Source: Chrysomallon squamiferum (Eukaryota; Animalia; Mollusca). From it: a stretch of 64,000 nt of DNA. A program made the position numbers and the translations under genes. Location: contig CM022671.1 in the NCBI GenBank assembly GCA_012295275.1, positions 13,888,001 to 13,952,000 of the forward strand, in the 5' to 3' direction. Shown here one piece after another: positions 11,701 to 24,369 of this stretch. The notes beneath the pieces were generated by a model. That model was given only the letters and a program-made list of their open reading frames with translations. It was not told the DNA's origin and did not search any database. Within the stretch, counting starts at the first letter, position 1, and the number at the start of each line of letters is the position of its first letter.

Positions 11701-14700
11701 CTTGTACAAAAGGTGTATGATTGAAACAGGGACTCACAAACTTTGCTTCTTGGGCAAACTGTTAAAACATGATAAAATATAAGAAAAAGATATTACAAAC
11801 ATAATTACTTGATTATGATGAAGTAAAATGATTAACAAATAGGAGATTTGTTATTGTCAGTATATATATATATATACATATATATATATAACTGCATTTA
11901 AAATAATATTATATTTGAAAACAAATGTATATTAACACCATTCTGGTTTGCACAGTGTATTTGATCAAGTCAAAACGAAGTTGCTGGATGAATTATAGAG
12001 GTTGGATATAACCAACAGACTACTTTATTTAATGAATTAATTAATTTCACATGATTAACTGCACACCTATGACAACATATTTTTCTCTGACACCGAACTG
12101 TATAATTTGACATATTACACATGAATCATAACATAAAAGCCACGTGTGTGTCTCTCTGTGTAACACACTGTTATAGTCAAATTTGGATAACTTGAGAACC
12201 TCAGTCTATTGTGCCAAAAGTCTGTACCTGCTCAGTTCCTATGAAAATTAGTAATAATAACTTTTGTAGTTAAGTGACTCATATTTGTTTGATTACAAAC
12301 AAGTGTAGTGTATCAAACATACTACTTGCTTCTTAAATCCCAGTTAATGTTTACACATCTGTGAACATTCTCAAGAAATGTTAATGATTTTGTGTGCAGA
12401 CACTGTAATGAAAGACGATTTCTTTAAGAAACAGTGCAGTGTTTCAAAACTAACTTTTCAGGATAATGATATGTATGGCAGAAATAATAATATAACTAGA
12501 TGTATCACTTAACTAATTTAGTTATAGTATCTTCCTTGTATTACCATGTATGTGACTTTAAATCTAGTGATAGTAAAATTTCAGTACAGATTAATTACAT
12601 TCTGTCAATTATAGAAATCTGAAAATACATGAACTTCATATTTATTTCTTGCTTTCAGTTTATCCTTTTGGTAATGTACATGGATTGTTTGTGTGTGCTG
12701 TTTTATATCTCAATATATACATTTTCATATACATGTACATAATTTATTTGTGTGCATATTTATTTAGTTGTGTTTTTCATTTATTTTTGTTAATTACTTA
12801 GTTAACTAAATGTGAAAGAGTGTGTTTCTTGAAATATGAAACATACATTACTAATCTCTCAGAACTGGAGGAAATATTTAAAATTCAAATAATCAAACTC
12901 CCTGAAATTTAAGCTGTTTTTGTTCGACTTAGCAAAGTTGGAATGTAACAGATTTAACAGACTTGGTAACAGATTTAACAGACTTGGTAACAGATTAAAC
13001 AGACTTGGTAACAGATTTAAATGTCAGAATCAAGATGTGTAAAGAACAATAAATAACCGTATTGTAAATAACAAGTAACTTACTTCCACAATATTTACAA
13101 AATCATTTTCTCCTAACGTGTCAAGAATAGATTTCACTGTCACCTTCATCAGCTGTAGTGCCTGACCATGAGTGCTGCCACTCCTACAGACAAACGTAAA
13201 GTATCAACAAACAAACAAGCAAGCAAACAAATAATAACAAAACCTACATTATATATTGCTAGTTTTATGTGGGTCTATCTTTTCTTGTTTACTGCATATC
13301 ATAACAGGATATATTTTGAAAAAAACAGAAAATAATTTAGACTGGAAAAAGTTTCACATACTTAGAATTAATATTATCTGAATTAAATGTCAACATTTTA
13401 ACAGACAACAATTATATACCTGGAAATATATGAATAACCAAATAATATTAATAAACAGTTAAATTTATATCAGTATAATAACAATAATACCTACTTGTCA
13501 ATAACAATCATCATATCTTTTGGTGAACTTGACCCCTGAGTATACCTGAAATTTAAATAACAACAGATCAGAACAAAATTACTGAATTTATTTACATTGC
13601 TATTGTTTGTTTGTTTATTTCTGGGTTTCATTTTGTACTTTTTAATTTTATAATAATTATTATTATTTAATCACTGTTGAAAAATATTTTAAAAATTCTG
13701 ACCAGCCAGAATAGTGAAAGATTATATTAAAATGTTTTTCAAAATTTATTCTGAGGCAACAGAACAATACACCACCTTGTAAACTAGTATATATTTATAT
13801 TTATACTGTAAGAATACTTTGTTTTATTAATTGTCAGTGGCTTACCAAGATTGCCTTCTTACATCGTACATATCAACTTCACCGTGTATCTTCCATTTAC
13901 TGGCTGGAAGTATGAATAACATGTAATACATCAGTTATGTCACTAGCACATGTTAAAAAATGTCTGAAATCAATTACCACATTCTTTATTACATTCTCAC
14001 TATAAAGTATGTAACAGAAATAAAATCAACAAAACTGATTATATATAATATATGAAAAGCTGAAAAATATATGTACATACATACAGATGTAAACATACAC
14101 CAATGTGAATACATACACTCACATACGCACATACATTCATGCATGCATATATATGTATGTACATACATACATACATACATACATATATACATACATACAT
14201 ACATACATACAAAGATAAATATATACATTACAGACACATTTGAAATTTGTACATAATTATATATCTTCAATATCCATGAAAATTGTCTTCTGTGATTCAC
14301 TTGTGATGCAATAAAGTCCTCTGAGAGGTTAAACAAATTCATATTAATAAATTATTAAATTTACTTGGAGAAATTAAAAAATATATATTTACCTTAAGAC
14401 CTTAAGTAATATTTATCTAGATATATTATATTTCAATTACAATTAATTTATTTTCAGAAACTCAAACAAATAAAACTGTCTGTAAAATTAAATTTTCCTT
14501 ACACCGTACAGAGACAAATGCATTTACCTACTAAAAGTTAAGGTAGAAATTAATTTAAATTTACCTGGAAAGGTTCTCATAAATCCAGTCATACTGCCAA
14601 AGTATTGCCAGAGAATTTCTTCATCTTTGTCATAGTTTACTTTAAAAACAGGATCCAGCTTAGCTGTCCACTGCAAACCATTCAAGATGTCAATGTCTGA

Positions 14701-17700
14701 AAAACAGATACACATACAGACCATCACAGCTCACTGATTTACTTACAGGGAACTTTTCCTTGTACAACATATTTCATCTGTATATATATTTTTTATATTT
14801 CCAAATTCTTGTTTTATTTGTTCCTGGCAAAAAAGGTCTTTGCTACTAGAAAACAAAAAACTAAACTAAGGGGCTGTTTTAAAACAGAAATCTGATACAT
14901 TTTCAAGTGACTATTTATTACATGATACCAATCTTTAATAACAGAAAACTTTGAAGACATTTTCCAAATTAGATAACAAGATACATAAAATAATTGTAAA
15001 CATTACAAAGTTGCTATTATTTACAGAACTTCTTTCCTGCATTATTTTATTCTGACATATGTATTTTATTTTTTCTAATAAAATCAAAACTTTTAACATT
15101 TATTTTTTAAATAATTAATTCATCATCTGCCATGTAACTACCTTCATTAAATAAAAAGCATTTAAATTGATATATATAACTTTACACAACAGCTGATTAA
15201 AAAAATGAAAAACATCTTACAGTTCAATCAGTAAGTAACATCACAGAAGGAATACATCATTTTAAATCATTAAGCAATCTTCTCAGTATTTTTCTTTTTT
15301 TAATATTTATTTTATCATATTTAGATAAATATAAAATAGATGCCTTAATTTTTACTATTTTCTTTTCTTTTTTTCTTTTTTAAAATTCTTTTTGATTAAT
15401 AACAATTAAAAATAAGAAAATAATTACAAAATTCAACTGAAAAGAGAACTTTCACAATGCTGCAAGAAGTTAAATGACAACAAAACAAATCTGCCAGTGT
15501 GTCAATGCTACAGGGTGTGGTGGGTGAGAGGAAGGGTGTATTCATTCTCTCTAAGTGCCTGAGTTTCTATGCACTAACATTTAAAAAGAATCTCTCTATG
15601 TCTTACCTACACACATGTACTTGGTCAAATACTGTCATGGGTACAGGTATGTGTACACAAATATATGAACACACTGACACACACACAAACACACACATAC
15701 ATAAACATATACACATACATACACAAACATACATACCCATACTCATGGAAACTTACACACACATACAAAAACACATCCATGCACACTGACATTTCTACAA
15801 GTTTTTAGTAAAAAGATATTTAATTAATTTTCTTTGACAGTTACATACTTTATATTCAGAAACAACATTTCACATTATTTTATGTAAATTTACTTTTTCT
15901 TAAAGTTTCAGTTATTCTTTTGTTACACATGACTTCCTCTTCTGTGTACATCGTTTATGAAAAAAAACTTGAGGTTTCATCACAGTATATATTGTATTTC
16001 AAACATACATCACAGTGATATATTAATTCTGGAAAACTGGAAAGATTCTATTTTTTCCCCATATATAAATCATATATTTTTATCTAATGTTTGACTAATA
16101 TATTACAAATGAATTAAAATGGACATGCTTGCAAATATCAACAGGCAACCAGAGCTTAGCATTACTTTCAAAATACAGTAGAACCCAGTTATAATGTTTA
16201 AAGTTCTGACCCATCATGTCAAGACTTCTTTAAATTCCAACATATTAGTTTTGGTGGGGTTTCTTGGGTTTTTTGTTTTTTTTCTCTCCTTTTAACTCTT
16301 TTTCACTTTTATCTCTGCAATAAAGTAAAACATTCTGTGTTTTAAAAAGTAATATATGTGGATGACATTACTGTGCTATAACAGGTTCCACTGTAGTGAT
16401 TACAAAAAACTAATGAGGTGCCAAGCAATGGAAAATGAATAGTGAAATGTAAATTAATATGTTTTAAAATATAGCATGTTTCAAAATGTGACTGGTTTTT
16501 AAAAGATGAGTGTTTTTTTGGTTGTTGTTTTTTCATTTTATTTAAAGTTAATTTACACACTTGAAAAATCATAAATTATGCAATGTTAATCACAATATGT
16601 TATGTTTATTCATTTATGTATTCACTGTCCTGTTATTATTACTATTATTATTATTATTGTAAGGAAATTTAAGAAAAAACTATCTACAAGATTTAAACCA
16701 CTGATAGTTATTAATATATAAAATGTTGAAGTTTTTCATTAAATATCCAGTTATCCTGAGAATAATATAAATGGTTAAAATTTTATTTTACCCTATTAAT
16801 TCTACATTTGAAATGAATGAATTAAACAAAACCAAAATGAACAAAGACAAATATTAAGAATAAATTTTAGAATATTTAATTTAAATTTTGGCTTAATTCT
16901 GTTTGATGTTTTTTTTTTTTACGTCTATATTTATTGTAATCCCTTCCTCAAACCCTCAATACAAATGCAGCATTTGACTAAGCATTCAAATGCAACTTGA
17001 CAACAACTACAACTATGTTGTACACTGAAACACTGAGAAAGTTGTCAGGTACCTCTTGCAGATTTGCGAATCAACATCGTGCAACATACAACTGAAAACA
17101 ACGAACAGAAGAGAAAGCTTTCAAAACAGTAAAGATTCCTTTAAAATAAAATGAGAACTTAACATTTTTCTTTCACTAAAATCATTTCAGTGTTATTCAG
17201 AGGTGAACAATGTTTTGGGGAAAGCAACAACAGAGAATGCAAAGTTTTGGGTGTGTATTTGTAAAAGATGATAGGAAATAAATATTAATTAGACATGTCA
17301 TATATCAAACATATTTTTAGTATGTTCTCAAAAATAGTATTATTACATAATATAACACAATAATCAAAACACACGCACATATATAAATATACACACACAC
17401 ACATATCAATATTACACATACAGACTTCTAAAGGAAAAAGCTAAATAATTAAAACTTAATCATACACCTTAATAAGTAAATTAAATAACATACAGGCCTA
17501 TCATAAACCCTGCTATTGAAATGACTATACCCAAAACTAAATGAGTGCTAAAAGAAATTCTGTTTTGTTTGATTTTCTTTACACCTGAGCTTACCTCCAT
17601 CATAGATTTCCACAGGTATGTGAATACTTGAGAATGAGTCGTTAATTTTCTGCTTGAACCGTTCACTGTATGACAGATCAACATCCACCATCTGCTTACT

Positions 17701-20700
17701 GTCATAATACTGAACATCTTTTTTCTGAAATTTAATTTTATTTAAATAATAAAAACTTTGATGTATTTATTTATTTTTAAAAAAAATACATCAAAGTTTT
17801 TATCACATAAAAATTATAAGTTGTGATAAACTGTAATGTATTTTATATATTCTAGAATTCTGTGCACTTCATACTCAGCCATGTATGTCAATGTTTTTCA
17901 TGCATATTAATTTTATTGCTTAGTTTACATTACCAAACCTAGTAATGAAATGATTAGCATCACTGATATTAGTGAAAGGGAAACAATTCTTCTTATTTTA
18001 AGGTATTTTCTGTTAGTAATAACAGTAAAAAGATTTTGGCAAACATAAACAACAACATATTTTTTATAATAATAACAATAATAATACCAACAATGAGTAT
18101 GATAATAATCATAATTAAACTAATAAATGAGAAGAAGAATAACAACAACAATAATAAATACGTTTTAAAAATGTAAGCAGAACTGATTTTGTTTACACTG
18201 TCAAAAGAAAATAAATGGACAAAATGGTAAATGATAGAACAAAGAAAATAACTGGAATATGTAAGTAAAAATCTAATAATAAATAAATAATAATAATAAT
18301 TTAAAAAAATAAAATAAAATAAAATACAAAATTAAAAACTGGGTGTAATGAAAATATCGTTGAAGTAATTCTAGCTACCTGTAATGAACCATTCCACACA
18401 TGTTCAGCTGCTGCAGCTTCTGCAACTCTCACTGACTCCTGCAAAAAAAAAAAAAAAGATTTAGTTACAACACTAATACAGTTGTTATTTGATATTGATT
18501 TTTCTGGTGTGTTTGTGACAGAAATATAAAATGAAAAACAGAGTGAGAAAACATTTGAAAAAGGAGAGAGTTATAGAGAAACAGAAAGATAGAAAAATAG
18601 AAAATGAGAGATGGAGAAAATATAAAAAAGAAACAGACAAATAGAAACAATGAGACAGAGTGATAAAAAAACTGAATAAAGAAACAATGAAAGAGTCAAA
18701 AAGAGAGATTATATATAGAGAAATACATTATAGAGAGAGAAAGAAAGTTAAAGTTAAACACAGAGTGAAAGAGACAGAGAGAGAGCACGAGAGCCAGATC
18801 CAACTTGTTTTTTTTGTATTTTATTTCACAACCATGATAGATAAGGGTACATTTATTATTATTTTATGTATATATATATATACTTACATACATGTATTTG
18901 TTGTTTTTTTCACTATATTTTAACACATCTGTACATAATTTCATATCACATTAATATCTACAGAATCAGTTCATAAACTCAGATAAAAATGTTTTGAAAG
19001 AGAAAGTTCTTCTGTTTCATTTCTAAGTTAGGACAGGATTAATTCATTAATTATCTATTTTCAAATAACATGCTTGTAACATCAAGAAGGCAGCTAACAC
19101 AATAACTGTTTGAGCTGTCTGCTATATAAAATTCAGCTCTATCTACTAACCCGTAAATAATCCATTTTCTTGCCAAACATGTATGACAAATCTTTAGACA
19201 TTTTATCCACAAGCTCACTTCCAACCACCTTCTTAAAGTTTACATTAACATCCACAGATCCAGGACTTGGCTTTACAGCATTTTCATATGCCTGAAAAAA
19301 AAAGTGAAAAATATACTAATTATCTGTCTTTAAGAACTAATAACAATAAATAAATGATATTCCTTTTCTGATCTCTTAGATCCTCACAAGCATTACTGAT
19401 CTAGGCGGTCAGCCAAAAATAATCAGACCTTGGATAACTACAAACTTGGTCAAATGCATCATGGGACCACTAATTATAGGAATTACTACTTCTCTGACTA
19501 GCACATATATCAGTCAGAGACAATTACTATAACCTATTACACAGTACTACAGTGTCACAGAATACTACAAATGTTTAATAATGGTTACCACCAGTCATTT
19601 CAGTGGCATCTTATTACCCAGGAGACAACAGCCACCCAATAACTAGTCTCTGACCAAGATTCTGTTGCAGACAATAAAGAAATATTGGTCAGATGATTAA
19701 ATAACAGACATTGGTTAGTTGTAACTTGACTGCCAGTATATAACAGTGTAATAAGCAGGTGCTAAAGTTTGGAATCATTGAGGAATGGGCTGTGATTAGA
19801 CTGCTGGTAGAAGACTGATGGATTACAGCAATGCTCAGAAACCTTTCTTTGTGTATTGCCCACTTTAAACATTGAAAGACTGGAATGTCCACCAAGCTTA
19901 CAATAATTTTGGAATTATCGGAATGACATTCAGATAAGTTTAAATAAAAGTTTAATTAATCTAGTACCGCTTTACCCTAGTCCAGACAGAATTTGAGATG
20001 CACTTGAAATTTTCAAATCAGTTAATTTAGCAACCAAGGGGAATTGGTGAATTGTTCGTCCAAGGATGAGTAAAATGAAATTTCCAGAACCATAAGGAAA
20101 TATTTTTAAGTGTGAATGAAATCTTGTGATAATGACTAAATGGTAAATAACACTGAACTAGTTTAAAGAGGCATTGGTGTAAGAAATATACTCACCAAAA
20201 CATGTTTTATTTGTTTACTGCACAGGGCAATACAAAATTATTTCTTTGTAAATTAAATTATTCCAAATAATAATTTAAACTGAACACTTCACTATATGGT
20301 AAAAACATATTATGATAAACCAAAGATTGTGTTATAATCTATATAATGTAACACTAAAGTGGCAACTATAGAGACAGGGGAAGTCAAAAAGGAATTATTA
20401 AATGTGCTCAATGTCATATTTATATTATTATATTTTTAACAAGGAAATTAATAAGGAAATCCAACACTTACCAGTGCAACTGTGTTGTAACCAGAGAGAT
20501 TGGAAATCCACATACTCAGTTTGGCATCCAGTTTATCAGCCCAGGACTTTACACTGTCAAGATACAATAATAACAATAATAATTATATAAAAAGATTTAC
20601 ATTCTTAATAATAATACTAAAATCCTACAATTAAGTAAATAAGATAATAATTATGAGATATAAATTACATAGAAAAATTGTCTCCATTGTGCCATTTTCC

Positions 20701-22533
20701 ATAGCAAATAACCATCTCACTGATCTGTAAAAATGTTCAAGAAAATACAGACAAATGGTTCAAAGCAACAACAAATTGTCATAAAGAATCAGAAACAGTT
20801 CCACTAATTTATCTGTAAAACACTTGTTACAAAATCACATTACTGGCATTGTGACTTAATTACCTGAATTACTATAAAGATATTATTAAATTAAAACATT
20901 TTCACAATAACAGCACTTGAGTAAACTGTAACTTGCACAATTAATGACTTGATTAGTAACTCTTATTTCTTTTATCTGATCTAATTGTAGAAAATATATT
21001 ATTTTACTTACACTGTTAATATAATATTAAAAATGCATTTTGATGTTATTAAACTGAACATTTATTTACGTGTTATACTACCTCATATTATTTACATAAA
21101 ACTTTCTGTCAGTACTAAGTTATTCTCATTACTTCTTATTACCTGATTTAATTACAGCAAATCTATTATCCTATATATAAATAAATAAATAAATAAACTA
21201 GAAAAACTGAACAAAACTGTCATATATAAACAGTGTTGGCATGTAAATATATAAATAAAATTAAAATTAAAAATTAAAAAAGAAAATGTGTCTTTCTGTA
21301 ACCATAACCTTTCTTTTAAAAATTAATGTTATGTAATACAACAGAAATACTAATGTAACAAGCTGATATGAATAACGAACTTAACACTGTACAAAATACA
21401 TGATAAATTCTCTTGGGGAAACAAAATAATTTCCTTGTTCAGTATTTTGGCAGTATGTTGCACTCTGACTCAGATATTTCTGTTATGCAATATCAGTCAA
21501 ATCTCAAAAATATTCATGATGATAATAAACCTACTGGTTTTAAAAATAAAACAAATGTAATATGAAACAGCATCACTATGGACATATATTTATAAACACA
21601 TTACTACAATGAATTACACTGACATTTTACAAAGTGAGATTTTCTATCCTGTGTATCACAATAAAACACAATGTAAGTTAATTGTACTACTGTGTATCTA
21701 CTTGTCCCAGTTTGATATTTATTGATTATATACCATGAGTGTACATGTTGTTAAGTCTTGTAGGATCAATAAAAATTAATATGGATGTATACAGAATGCA
21801 TGTAGTAGTGTTATTAAATAAAAGCAATGAGGATTTAGTTGTTTATGTACATTATTCATCCATACTGGTATACAGTTTGTAACAGAATGAGATAAAAGGG
21901 TAACATTACATTCTCTGTATAATCTGTCAAAATCTAGAACATTACATGAATACAGACATTTACAGTGAATGTGTTTTTTATCAGTAGCAACTGTAGGTGT
22001 AATAGTAGAAGCAGAGGTGATAATAAATAGTTGTATAAATAAATAAATAAATGCACACAGAACTGTAAACTACCAAACAAAATTGTTTTATTAGTTTAAT
22101 TACATACTGGTTTTCTTTTCATTATTAAAAAAAAGAAGAAACCCCCCCCAAAAAACCCCAGCATAGTGTAATTACTATTTAAAGCTAAATCTACTGTTTC
22201 ATTTATTAAATGATGAAACAGACAGAAATGGGTACTGGAATACAAAAAGGAAATAAGATTTGTACCAGGATATATATATATATATAGTAATTACACTATG
22301 TTTGTATTTACAATTTTATGTTTAAATAGATATATAGTACAATTAATTTCTAAAATGAATGTATATGAATAATATAGATATACATACACACATACATATA
22401 CATATATGTATGTATGTATCTTATACACACACACGCACACACACACATATTTAAAAAATTTGATTGATGGAAATTAGGATTCAGCGCAGTTAGTGTCATT
22501 CAGCTTTACAATCCAAAACATCTCCCTCTCTGT

Positions 22534-22568
<35 letters not shown>

Positions 22569-23249
22569 ACCATAATAATAGGTAACATATATATAACATA
22601 TAATGGCATACAGAGGTATAGTGATACCCAAGTCCAACTCCTCAAGTATAAGGCCTAGTACTAAGGAATATTAGGAGAAAGGAAGGTATTCTGAATATGT
22701 AAACACAGATGAAATATAAAATAAACACTTTATTCGATTTAATATAAATAACCAAATGTATCAAGTTCAATGCCCCCCTATTTGGACGCCCGTGGGTAGC
22801 CGCTTCACCCTGCCCCCGAACGCCACTGATAACGTATTTGGTATTGCCACTATTACAACTGTTAAGTAATAATATTATTATGTGCGTGCAGAATAATCGG
22901 ATCGTGTTGACAGTTAACACTGTACAATACACTGACGCAGTTTATGTTATAAACAGCTGAGCAATGCGTTCACGACGTTGATACTGATAACTGATGCAAG
23001 GAGCTCGCTTGCACTCATCTGAAAGAATGTGTTCTATACTTGTATAATTAATACCAGTAGGACTGTCGTGAAGCGATCCATTCTGCGCAATACACAAAAT
23101 GAAAATTTAAACAAAGAGAAAAAAAAAATAATAATCTATAATTACCTTTCGAAGGTCGGAAACTGAAAGCTGTGAGACACAGTACAACTTTTCAGCAGCA
23201 ATAATATAACGAGCGACAGGGAGAACAACCCGCATTTCGCTGTCGCCAT
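342..23249 (-). CDS. CACNA2D: Voltage-dependent calcium channel alpha2delta subunit (CACNA2D family); 3' part lies beyond the left window edge
   Basis: Phase-consistent GT-AG exons on the minus strand: 23146-23249 (signal peptide [22 protein letters not shown]), 20472-20553 (VKSWADKL), 19151-19291, 18379-18438, 17595-17724 ([12 protein letters not shown]), 14565-14696 ([24 protein letters not shown]), 13846-13903 (MYDVRRQSW), 13495-13545 plus 13084-13183 ([28 protein letters not shown]), 11681-11758, 11429-11518, 9487-9609 ([12 protein letters not shown]), 6560-6638 ([16 protein letters not shown]), 6196-6245, one of three alternative exons 15, 1639-1695 ([14 protein letters not shown]), 1178-1255 (ILGVMGIDV), 814-888 ([22 protein letters not shown]), 342-410. 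The motifs match alpha2delta Cache/VWA architecture. Confidence 0.95.
3385..3468 (-). CDS. CACNA2D: CACNA2D alternative exon 15c ([28 protein letters not shown]), closest to the canonical sequence
   Basis: Acceptor TTCTGTTTGAAG|GAT, donor CTG|GTATTT, 84 nt, phase 0-0. It aligns to vertebrate EYLDVLGRPMVL..QWTNVYLDAL. Confidence 0.85.
5166..5246 (-). CDS. CACNA2D: CACNA2D alternative exon 15b ([27 protein letters not shown])
   Basis: Acceptor TTTTTCTAACAG|GAA, donor CGA|GTAAGA, 81 nt, phase 0-0 and open. It keeps the EY..P..W..D skeleton of this exon. Confidence 0.75.
5824..5928 (-). CDS. CACNA2D: CACNA2D alternative exon 15a ([35 protein letters not shown])
   Basis: Acceptor TTTGACTAG|ATA, donor CCG|GTAATT, 105 nt, phase 0-0 and open. 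Its first part aligns to vertebrate EYLDVLGRPMVL...QW. The donor position is less certain. Confidence 0.75.
12172..12947. mobile_element. Possible decayed pogo/Tc1-type MITE
   Basis: Left end TATAGTCAAATTTGGATAACTTGAG versus reverse complement of the right end TACATTCCAACTTTGCTAAGTCGAA: imperfect TIRs with TA termini. Confidence 0.35.
12945..13020. repeat. 21-bp tandem repeat (GTAACAGATTTAACAGACTTG), about 3.5 copies
   Basis: Visible directly; unit starts at 12945, 12966, 12987 and 13008. Confidence 0.9.
22770..22828 (-). mobile_element. GC-rich hAT-like MITE terminus in CACNA2D intron 1
   Basis: The reverse complement begins CAGTGGCGTTCGGGGGCAGGG, resembling hAT-derived MITE ends. The other end was not identified. 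Confidence 0.3.
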
Positions 23250-24051
23250 CTTTAATAATCGGAGAGCCTCGCTCTAGTTTCCTGGAAGTCGGCACCTGCT
23301 GCCACTCGCCTGTTACAAAAGCGATCAATGGTTGGTACTATACAAAGCATACAGTTGTTAAGTATTAGTGACTGTACAACAGATAGCCTGACAAACGAAA
23401 CGGTATTAGTTGTAAAACAAGTCGACATTAATAGGTGAGAAAGTATGGATAAATGCTGGAAATAAGACAAAGATAAAATAACACCGACGTAGCCGGTCAT
23501 TTGAGAATGAGTTAGTCTGGTGTAGTTTAGCGTTGGAAATAATCGATTAAATGATTTAATCGTCTCCAGCGTCCTAAAATCAAAACTGCACGATGTCTGG
23601 TTTAATCAGCCGACGAGCGATATCTTTATATATATAGAAGTAAAGGATCTTAAGAATAATTCATAATGAAATTCCACTCATAACCATACCAAAAATAAGA
23701 AAAATTAAAGAATAAATAGTTTGGTAAAAGATTTATATAATATAACTATTTGAAACTTACTGTTGCTGTGAACTTGCTATTTTTATTTAACAGTCATTGA
23801 GATAATGTGCGTGCGTATATGCATGCGTACGTATATGTAATCGTTTTAAGACTTCTTCATTGTTTATAGGCTAATTAGCAAGTGCAGGTGTGATACCCTA
23901 TAACAGGTACCATAACAAGAAAAGAAACAAATAGAGAAGTTGCTGGTTCTTTATCAGGTAAAAATCTAAGTTTTTCTGCACGCAGGTGTCAGGTAAAAAA
24001 CACTCTTAAATAAATATAAAAAAAATAAAATAAAACAATGCTTATAATAAT

Positions 24052-24087
<36 letters not shown>

Positions 24088-24321
24088 CAGATCTATAAAG
24101 TCTTATCGGCTTCAAATCAAACATTGTGTTACAAATTGGTAACATCTATACAAAATGTATTTATTTATTTATATGGGATTTACTTCGCTCAAAGAAAAAT
24201 ATTATCAGTTCAACAATTTTTTGATGGAAAGGCACATGGATGAGAAAGAAAGGTATTTATTTTTATTGAAGGAATCAGCATTACAATAGTGTTAAAGCGA
24301 AATAATAATGATGATGATGAT

Positions 24322-24369
<48 letters not shown>

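Noticed and set aside
23107-23328. Track ORF MIAFVTGEW... as the first alpha2delta exon
   Set aside because: Wrong frame. The signal-peptide frame starts at ATG 23249 and gives the phase 2 needed for exon 2.
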